From assembly GCA_944383245.1 (NCBI GenBank), contig CALWOU010000002.1, positions 70,417 to 134,416 of the forward strand: a DNA stretch of 64,000 nt. Direction: 5' to 3'. Of this stretch, positions 48,271 through 55,577 are shown in pieces. This DNA comes from an uncultured Clostridia bacterium. GTDB lineage: Bacteria; Bacillota; Clostridia; Christensenellales; UBA1242. The notes below the pieces were generated by a model. The model was not told the DNA's origin and made no database searches. It was given only the letters and a program-made list of their open reading frames with translations. The position numbers and the translations under genes were made by a program. Numbering within the stretch: the stretch's first letter is position 1; each line of letters opens with the position of its first letter.

Positions 48271-49373
48271 TAAATATTCTCCGTTAAAATTGTTAGTGCA
48301 TTGTTTAAAGCAATGGTGTTTTGTGTGGTAAGGGCAGTGTAATCTTCAATAATCTTTGCGCAAGTTAGTTGATAATCAGACGCATTATCATCTGATATGA
48401 TTTGAGTATAAACTATTTCGTTGCACGCAAGGTTGTATTCATCTTTAATGTTATTTATACACTCTTGAATGTTGTATAACTCAATTGACGCGTGATAAAA
48501 ATCTTCTTTTCTGTCACTTGTGTTGATGTATGAACCAAGTGTTGAATTAAATGTTAAGTCAATCAACTCTACGTCGGCAATATAGTCGTTAAAACTTGAA
48601 GGGAAATCTGGAAATTCTTCATTTTCGCGAGCCACCAAAGAAGAGTATAACCTCATTCCATTCACATTATTAACAATGTAGACTTGAGATAAATTCACAA
48701 TTTGCTCACAAATTCTGCTTCTTAAATTCACAACCACACGAGAAGCGTCAAACTCAGAGAGTGTTTGAGTTGAATAATTAGGATTTGCGTCTGTTATAGC
48801 ATAATTAAAATAGATATTAGATAGGGTGTAACTAAGGTTAAATGCTGTTGTGTATAGATTTTCATACGATTCAAATAGGTTGGTGAGCCTAGTCATATGA
48901 ACGTCTGTGTAATAATCTTCGCCCGTTCTAAGAATGTCAACCACGTTGATTGTGCGATTGTACATATTTGTTAGAGCCGAGTCAAACTCATCAAGAGCAA
49001 CTTTTAGTGCGTCGCGGTCACCAGCGCTTACATTTAAATTGTTAGAACTGCAAACTTCAAAATAACTAGAAAAGAATTTTAGCGAATTATTTAGTAGCGG
49101 ATTATAAAAATTGGTTAAATTGCTGTATGGTTTGTTTAGAAAAATGTATGAAACATTTTGATTTCCTTGAATTTGAATATCGTCATAGTCAAACACAATT
49201 TCGTGATTTGAATTGAGAGATAGATATTCGTGTTTTGTAACAATTGTCATATAATCCGTATATAGATTAGATAGTGAGTAACTATTGTCATCCCCGCAGG
49301 CAGTGAAAACAAATAATCCGGGCACTAGGATTAAACACAATATTAAACTCAAACAAAATTTTTTAATTCTCAT
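48270..49373 (-). CDS. Lipoprotein, unknown function
   Basis: Lipobox FVFTACGDD. N/Y/D-rich 367 aa. No family recognised. Confidence 0.5.
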   Translation of the reverse strand: MRIKKFCLSLILCLILVPGLFVFTACGDDNSYSLSNLYTDYMTIVTKHEYLSLNSNHEIVFDYDDIQIQGNQNVSYIFLNKPYSNLTNFYNPLLNNSLKFFSSYFEVCSSNNLNVSAGDRDALKVALDEFDSALTNMYNRTINVVDILRTGEDYYTDVHMTRLTNLFESYENLYTTAFNLSYTLSNIYFNYAITDANPNYSTQTLSEFDASRVVVNLRSRICEQIVNLSQVYIVNNVNGMRLYSSLVARENEEFPDFPSSFNDYIADVELIDLTFNSTLGSYINTSDRKEDFYHASIELYNIQECINNIKDEYNLACNEIVYTQIISDDNASDYQLTCAKIIEDYTALTTQNTIALNNALTILTENI

Positions 49374-49412
49374 AAATATTTCCTTAATTTGTCTAATTTT
49401 TTTAACTTGAGA

Positions 49413-50270
49413 TTACAATAAGTTATATATTGCTTTAAAATAATAAATTGCTTTTTCTGTTTCACTTAAATTATCTGAGTAAACGTTAATTCTATTTATA
49501 TTGTCTGCAAAATTTTCTGCAAAGTTAACTTTATCCACGTTTTCATAGTGCAAAATAAAATTGTTATTGTCACTTTCAAAATTTGTGGTGTTAGAAGGAG
49601 TGATTAATATTGAATTTTCAAGTTCGAAGAAATTGTTAATAGTGGTTAAATTAATTTCATTGCGTATAACTTGTAATCCGTTTATATCAAGAGTTGTGTC
49701 ATCAAGAGTTGTTAAAACAATGTTTAGATAAAGGTCTATCATACTAAACTTTAAATCTGCATCTTTATTTATTTCTAAATTGTCTAATTCAGAATTTATA
49801 AACATCAAAGTGTCTGCTAAGGCGAGGTTCATATTGCAAAATTGCACAACAATTTCGTTAGCACCAGTGTTTGGATCGAATATGTCACTATTATTCACTC
49901 TGTTGATATATGAGTCAATAAGGTTAGAAACTTCATTTTGCAACGCAAGATAATTATCAAATCTAGAGATGATTTCATTTTCATCTACGTCGTGGTTTTT
50001 AACACTTATCATATATGTGTTGAAAGTGGATAAAATTTCTTCCAAATTTGTTTGAGTGGTTTCTAAATTTGAAAACCTACTTCCTGTTAATTCAATCAAA
50101 TCATCCACTTTACCATCAAATTCAACATTTGCACTTGAAAATAAATAACTTGACACATATGCCTGGCTATCCTGCCTTCTAGTTAAATGCCTATAAAAGA
50201 AATAACACGTACCAGCAATGCTGGCTAGCACGAGCAAAATTATCATAAGGTATTTAAAAAATTGTTTCAT
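49413..50270 (-). CDS. Membrane-anchored extracytoplasmic protein, unknown function
   Basis: N-terminal TM LMIILLVLASIAGTCYFF. 285 aa. Composition similar to the 48270-49373 product. Confidence 0.45.
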   Translation of the reverse strand: MKQFFKYLMIILLVLASIAGTCYFFYRHLTRRQDSQAYVSSYLFSSANVEFDGKVDDLIELTGSRFSNLETTQTNLEEILSTFNTYMISVKNHDVDENEIISRFDNYLALQNEVSNLIDSYINRVNNSDIFDPNTGANEIVVQFCNMNLALADTLMFINSELDNLEINKDADLKFSMIDLYLNIVLTTLDDTTLDINGLQVIRNEINLTTINNFFELENSILITPSNTTNFESDNNNFILHYENVDKVNFAENFADNINRINVYSDNLSETEKAIYYFKAIYNLL

Positions 50271-50444
50271 AATAAAATTATATAACTTGCAAAATCTTTT
50301 GTCAAGATAAAACTAACCTATTAAATATTTTTTAAATATTTATTTTTTAAAATATTAGAGCGGTAAATTTACTATTTTTTAGTATTTTTAATATTTTAGT
50401 CAATTTCACTTTTATTTTTTTATAATTTTTGTTAAACTCATTTT

Positions 50445-51167
50445 ATGAAAACAATAATTATTGCAGGTGCGTCTGGAGGAATAGGAAATAGTATTGCAAA
50501 AAAATTAGATAAATCAGGTAACCGCTTAATTTTATTAGGTTATAAAAATGAGAAGGCGCTAACCGAATTATCTAAAAATTTAAAATGTGAGAGTTGTGTT
50601 TTTTTGTGTGACTTATCTAATTATAATGAAACTAAAAAACTCTTTGACGATATAATAAAAAAATATAGAAAAATAGACGCATTAATTTCTTCAGTTGGAG
50701 TTAGCAAAATAAATCTCATTCAAGATGTTAGCGAAAATGAATTTGACTATATAATGAATTCAAATTTTAAATCCAATTTCAATATAACTAAATTTGTTTC
50801 AAAAAATATGATTTTAAATAAGTCGGGCAAAATTGTCTACATTTCATCAATGTGGGGCAAGGTTGGAGCAAGTTGCGAAAGTGTTTATTCAGCAAGCAAG
50901 GGTGCATTAAATAGTTTTGCTCTCTCAATTGCAAAAGAGTTGGCGCCATCTAATATAAATGTCAATGTTGTAAGCCCAGGATTGATAGACACTAAAATGA
51001 ACATCAACCTATCAAAAGAAACAATCAATCAAGTGATAGAAGAAACTCCACTAAATCGAATTGGAAAACCTAGCGATGTTGCTAATTTGGTGGAATATTT
51101 AATAAGCGAAAAAGCAAGTTTTATAACCGGTCAAATTATTTCAATTGACGGCGGATTTAGTATGTAA
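50445..51167 (+). CDS. Short-chain dehydrogenase/reductase (FabG-like)
   Basis: GASGGIGNSIA (TGxxxGxG), NSNF, catalytic YSASK, PGLIDT. Confidence 0.8.
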   Translation: MKTIIIAGASGGIGNSIAKKLDKSGNRLILLGYKNEKALTELSKNLKCESCVFLCDLSNYNETKKLFDDIIKKYRKIDALISSVGVSKINLIQDVSENEFDYIMNSNFKSNFNITKFVSKNMILNKSGKIVYISSMWGKVGASCESVYSASKGALNSFALSIAKELAPSNINVNVVSPGLIDTKMNINLSKETINQVIEETPLNRIGKPSDVANLVEYLISEKASFITGQIISIDGGFSM

Positions 51168-51327
51168 ATTTATTTTAAATCTATAAATTTTTTAAATTGT
51201 TAAATTAATAAAAATTTTAATAAATATTTGAAATAACATATAAATTTAAAAAAAATTATTACTTTTTTTGATAATTTATAAAAATTTTATGAAATATTGA
51301 TTATTATATTTGTAAATTTCACTCTGC

Positions 51328-51356
51328 TTGACAAAAATTTAACAAAATGATAATAC
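51328..51356 (+). promoter_or_regulatory. Promoter of the large structured RNA
   Basis: TTGACA (51328-51333), 17-nt spacer, TG-extended TAATAC (51351-51356). Confidence 0.6.
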
Positions 51357-51363
51357 ATTATTG

Positions 51364-51930
51364 TACGAAGGCGCAGTATTCTAGTCAACTAAAGCAAATG
51401 AGGGTGCCGAAATAAGCATCGCTGGCAAAACTGTGAAGTTCGTGGTGCTGGCTTTGATTGCCCAAATCGGGGCTGGTGCTGGGAGTTAAGATTTTTGGGA
51501 GATACATAATGGCATATGTGTTAACCCCCAATTATCGTGGAGACCTTATCTGGTAGGTAGAGTAGTGATTGGCTACGATCTATCACTAAGGATTGAACCT
51601 GCATATGGCGAAAGTTATGTGCAGTGTAGCCTGCTTTGAGTGCGAGTGTTGGGATAGGGCGACAACTTAAAATACTTTCAAAGTACACGAAAATTTTAAG
51701 TTGCCCTTGAAATCGCGAGTGCAAAATAAAGATAAGTTTGTTTGATGTTGTTAAGGAAAACTTCTAGGCTGTTCATTAGAGATTTTCAGGGGATTATAGT
51801 GTGGTCTAAGTGGCGATTCGGTGCAAGTTTTGCGTAAAGGGAAACCGCTTGGCTGGTAACGGACAAGTGCAAAATTGGGAAATCCAACCGAACCTATGCC
51901 GCAAGGTTTACCTTGAAAATTGCCTTCGTT
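51364..51930 (+). ncRNA. Large structured non-coding RNA (about 565 nt), OLE-like candidate
   Basis: No credible ORF. G+C-enriched island. Closing helix 51365-51372/51922-51929. GAAA-capped 11-bp stem 51599-51624. Bulged helix 51657-51673/51693-51706. Several further helices. Followed by a 4-TM DxxxD protein gene. Confidence 0.6.
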
Positions 51931-51976
51931 ATTTTTAAAATTATCACGTAAGTGTGAATATATAAAGGGAAATAAA

Positions 51977-52699
51977 TTGAAAGAAGATATTGATAGTAAA
52001 AATTTAGATGAAGAGTTAAAAAAGAGCGAAAAAGCGGATAGTAAAACGGACGAAAAGTCAAACGAGAATATAACGCAGAATGTTGAAATTAAAAAATTAG
52101 TAAAGGACAATAAACAAAACACCAAAAACATTGAGAAAAAGTCAAAAAACAAACCTAAAAAACAGTCTGCTTGGGTTTGGCCGATTAAAGTGCTTGTTAT
52201 TGCGCTTGTTTTATCTTTCTCGTTTAGTGTTATAAGTGAGTTGACGCTTTCTAATGCCAACATTGTTTTGGCTGTGATTGTTATATTGGTTTTTATAGGA
52301 ATTGCTGTGTTAACCGATATGATTGGTTTAGCAGTGACCACAAGTAACTTAGAAACATTTACAGCAATGGCATCAAGGAAAGTTAAGGGTAGCAAACAGG
52401 CAATAGCACTTGTTAAAAATGCAGATAGAGTGAGTTCCATTTGTTCGGACGTGTTAGGTGATGTTTGCGGAATTTTGTCTGGTTCTGCAGGCGCTAGCAT
52501 ACTTGCAAAAGTTGTTATGGAGAGTGCGGGCGATTTCACAGTTGTGTTAATCTCATCTGTGGTTTCTGCTGTTATTGCAGGGCTTACAATCTTTGGAAAG
52601 GCTGCACTAAAAAGATATGCAATTTCTCACGCAGACGGCATAACCTTAACCCTTGCAAAATTTCTAAACATTTTCACTCGCAAAGACAAAAAAGATTAA
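51977..52699 (+). CDS. 4-TM membrane protein with a Lys/Glu-rich N-terminus and DxxxD motif (OapA-like candidate)
   Basis: There is no in-frame ATG before the first TM. TTG 51977 is preceded by AAGGGA at 51965-51970. Four hydrophobic helices. SDVLGDV (DxxxD) at 52448-52462. Confidence 0.45.
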   Translation: MKEDIDSKNLDEELKKSEKADSKTDEKSNENITQNVEIKKLVKDNKQNTKNIEKKSKNKPKKQSAWVWPIKVLVIALVLSFSFSVISELTLSNANIVLAVIVILVFIGIAVLTDMIGLAVTTSNLETFTAMASRKVKGSKQAIALVKNADRVSSICSDVLGDVCGILSGSAGASILAKVVMESAGDFTVVLISSVVSAVIAGLTIFGKAALKRYAISHADGITLTLAKFLNIFTRKDKKD

Positions 52700-52741
52700 A
52701 AAATATTGACTTTTAAGTATTTAATAATTATAATAGATATA

Positions 52742-53209
52742 ATGGAAAGTTTTGAATATTTTTGCGATTTTAAATCCGAAGAATTTAAAGAAATTTTTAC
52801 GGATTATTATCTTAGTGAAGGTATAACTTTAAAAGAAAATACAAAAGTTTTTGACGAAATAGAAAATTCTAGCAAAAATTTTGGTACTAAGTGTGTTGTA
52901 TATAGAAAGGCAAATAAAATTGCTGGTTTTATTTTGTTTAGAATTATTAAACTTCGCGATGAGAAAAAATTTTTTAAATATAATTTTGGATACATTGAAG
53001 AACTTTATGTTGTGGAGAATGAAAGAAATAAGCATGTTGCAACAAAACTCATAGAACAATTTGAAATTTATTTGAACCAAAATAAAATTCGCACAATTGT
53101 TTTAACGGCAGACGAAAAAGTTTATGACTTTTACAAAAAGAAAGGTTTTAAAGAAGATAATTCTTTGACTTGTGAAAACGAATTGAAATGTTTTATTAAA
53201 AGAATCTAA
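52742..53209 (+). CDS. GNAT family N-acetyltransferase
   Basis: VVENERNKHVATKLI...YDFYKKKGF matches the acetyl-CoA binding motif A region. ATG 52742 lies 7 nt after the -10 of TTGACT-N17-TATAAT (52706-52734), so the mRNA may be leaderless. Confidence 0.7.
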   Translation: MESFEYFCDFKSEEFKEIFTDYYLSEGITLKENTKVFDEIENSSKNFGTKCVVYRKANKIAGFILFRIIKLRDEKKFFKYNFGYIEELYVVENERNKHVATKLIEQFEIYLNQNKIRTIVLTADEKVYDFYKKKGFKEDNSLTCENELKCFIKRI

Positions 53210-53311
53210 TATAAAAAATTTACAATTAACTATTAAAAATAAGGCGGTAAAATATTTGCCTTATTTTTTTAATTTTTTTGTAAATCTAATTTAAAATTGC
53301 TTAACAAGTTT

Positions 53312-54535
53312 TTAAGTGGTGGCGGTGTTCCAAACGCGATTATTTTTAAACCATTCTGAGTCTTTTAAAATGGTGTTGTTATTAGAGCAGTTTACTCCAA
53401 ATTTTATCTCGGCTGTTGAAGTTTCAGGAAGGGATATAACCACGATGTTGCCATTAAATGAAGTAAATTCGTTGTTATCATAATCCACGCACAAAGTGGT
53501 GACGTAAATGTTTTCAATATTTCTTATTGCCATTCTGTCTATAAACTCTTGAGTAGGGAATTGGTTGAGTGGATTGTCTGTGTACTCACTGCTTCCTGCG
53601 CAACAACAAATGCAAACCGTTTTAGGCTGAATTGCATCTAGTAAAACATCAGTGGAAGAAGTTTTGCTTCCGTGGTGACCTGCTTTATATAAGTCAACTT
53701 GAGGAAGCTCGTTCATTTCAACTAAATATTCTTCGCCGTCCGCTTCTAGGTCGCCTGTAAATAAGAAATGTTTTGCATCGTTTCCCGTTCCTTGATTTAT
53801 CATAACGCAAACTGAATGGTCGTTTTCACTGTTCGCTCTGTTTTCATAATAATAACTATCTAAAATTTCAAGTGTAACATCATATTCGGCATTTAAAGTC
53901 CACACTTTTTGCGCTTTCACACCATTTTCATTCTCGCTTTCGTTAACGCATTCAAGCGCTGTGAAATGCTCTGCGCCCGCTTCAATCTCTACGTTTAACT
54001 CGCGAAGATAATTTTTGTATGTTGCAGTGTCCTCTTTACCACTTGTGATTTGCGAGAACGTTATAATCGTTTCACACTCGTATAAATCAAATATGCTTTG
54101 AACCTTTTCACTCGTTGCGAATCCTGCATAGTGGTCAGTGTGCGCGTGAGTTATAATCACGTATTCAAGAGTGTTGTCCGTCACATATTGATTTAAATAT
54201 TCGCTAACTGTTGCAATGCTATTTGATTTCGAACCGCAGTCAATTAAAATATCAATATCGCCAACTTTTATGTAAGTGCAGTCGCCCGTGTACTTATTGC
54301 CGAGTTCTAAAAAATGCACACTTACTTCGCCAGGTTCGTTAGTTAGAGGAATGGCAGACAATTCTTCGCTTTCATTGTATGAATAAAAAACGTCCTCACT
54401 AATCACCAACTCTTCACTTAATGGAAGAGTAAAATAAGTGTAGCCTATAAATCCGCCCACTGCACCAATTAGCAAAACTAAAATTAAGATGACTATGTTT
54501 AATGCAACGTTGGATTTTTTACTTTTTCTAGCCAT
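53312..54535 (-). CDS. Membrane-anchored MBL-fold hydrolase (ComEC C-terminal-domain-like)
   Basis: N-terminal TM. ITHAHTDHYAG (HxHxDH) and AGHHGS motifs, as in the ComEC/Rec2-related metallo-beta-lactamase domain. Confidence 0.6.
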   Translation of the reverse strand: MARKSKKSNVALNIVILILVLLIGAVGGFIGYTYFTLPLSEELVISEDVFYSYNESEELSAIPLTNEPGEVSVHFLELGNKYTGDCTYIKVGDIDILIDCGSKSNSIATVSEYLNQYVTDNTLEYVIITHAHTDHYAGFATSEKVQSIFDLYECETIITFSQITSGKEDTATYKNYLRELNVEIEAGAEHFTALECVNESENENGVKAQKVWTLNAEYDVTLEILDSYYYENRANSENDHSVCVMINQGTGNDAKHFLFTGDLEADGEEYLVEMNELPQVDLYKAGHHGSKTSSTDVLLDAIQPKTVCICCCAGSSEYTDNPLNQFPTQEFIDRMAIRNIENIYVTTLCVDYDNNEFTSFNGNIVVISLPETSTAEIKFGVNCSNNNTILKDSEWFKNNRVWNTATT

Positions 54536-55247
54536 TTATTCCTCCTTTTGTTGCGTTAAATAGATATGAGTTGTTTACTTCTATGTTGATATTTTCATTT
54601 TTACTTAATAAATTGTTTGAAAGTGTTAAATTATCTAAATTATTGTTAATTTCTAATTCACTATTAGTTTTTGAATTTACTAGATCAGTACTAGACTGTG
54701 AATTTGTCAATTCGTTGTTTGTTTGTGTGTTGTTTTCTAGATTTTCATTATTTGTGGTTGAATCGTTTGCACTGTCAATTTCATCTTGCTCTGGCTCTTC
54801 CACAAAGGTTATTAATCTTATTTTTGTAACTGTGAAAACTTTTCCGTATTTTATATCGTTAGACTTATACAATATGTAATAAGTTTTTGTGTCGTCGCCT
54901 GTAAGGCTTCCATCGGAATTAATGATTAAATCTGTTTCGATTTCAACCTCATCTGAAATATCACGACCAAACGAAACCACTTTGCAACCCTCGTCATAAT
55001 AATTTTCTCCGATTGTGAGTGTCAATTCATCCGAACCTATAATTTCAAAGCAATCATTTCTGCATAGATAAAACCCCGTGCCAATTCCTAAACCTACACC
55101 AATAACTAAAAACACAACTGCCAAAATACCTAAACTTTTTGTGAGTTTACTACCGCTTTTTTTTGATTTTTTAATGTCATCTTCATCAATGTTAAAATTA
55201 AACTTTGCTCGCGACGTTTTTTTGCTCGCATTCTTTCGTGTTGCCAT
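54528..55247 (-). CDS. Membrane-anchored protein with an Ig-like (DUF5011-type) domain and an N/T/S-rich tail
   Basis: Basic N-terminus plus TM. EIIGSDELTLTIGENYYDEGCKVVSFGRDISDEVEI resembles DUF5011-type Ig domains. Its stop overlaps the start of the MBL gene. Confidence 0.4.
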   Translation of the reverse strand: MATRKNASKKTSRAKFNFNIDEDDIKKSKKSGSKLTKSLGILAVVFLVIGVGLGIGTGFYLCRNDCFEIIGSDELTLTIGENYYDEGCKVVSFGRDISDEVEIETDLIINSDGSLTGDDTKTYYILYKSNDIKYGKVFTVTKIRLITFVEEPEQDEIDSANDSTTNNENLENNTQTNNELTNSQSSTDLVNSKTNSELEINNNLDNLTLSNNLLSKNENINIEVNNSYLFNATKGGING

Positions 55248-55350
55248 ACTGCCTCCTAGAATATTATATCAAACTTAAAATTTTACGCAAAATAATTTTT
55301 GTTGAAACTCAAAATTTTTTAATCTCAAACAAAGTTAATAAAAAATTTAA

Positions 55351-55443
55351 AATATTAAAAAAATTAAAAAATATAATGAAAAATATTAAAAAAATTAAAA
55401 AATATAATGAAAAATATTAAAAAAATACTAAAAAATAGTGAAA
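55351..55443. repeat. 31-bp A-tract tandem repeat (2 identical units plus 1 diverged)
   Basis: AATATTAAAAAAATTAAAAAATATAATGAAA at 55351-55381 and 55382-55412. The diverged third unit (55413-55443) contains the 18-mer AAAAATACTAAAAAATAG. Confidence 0.8.
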
Positions 55444-55577
55444 ATTTATTAAAAATTTTAATTTTTTTAATAATTTTTTAAATTAAATACAAAATTATTT
55501 TTTTAAAATTTTTTATAAAAACATATTGAAATTTTTATTTTTGTGATATAATTAATGCGTTAAAGGAGAGAGATAAT

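Noticed and set aside
51364-51930. Could the large RNA be RNase P RNA, tmRNA, SRP RNA or a group II intron?
   Set aside because: I could not find the GAGGAAAGUCC-type P4 sequence of RNase P, a tRNA-like acceptor/T-arm end or tag ORF of tmRNA, the SRP domain IV motif, or a group II domain V / GUGYG 5-prime end, on either strand. This rests on memory-based motif checks only, so covariance-model searches are still needed.
51521-52539. ORFs 51521-51724 (-) and 51751-52539 (-, 262 aa) overlapping the structured RNA and the downstream membrane-protein gene
   Set aside because: No RBS. The composition is that of antisense translation of a TM-rich gene and of a helix-rich RNA. The plus-strand interpretation (promoter, RNA, RBS plus 4-TM ORF) explains the region better.
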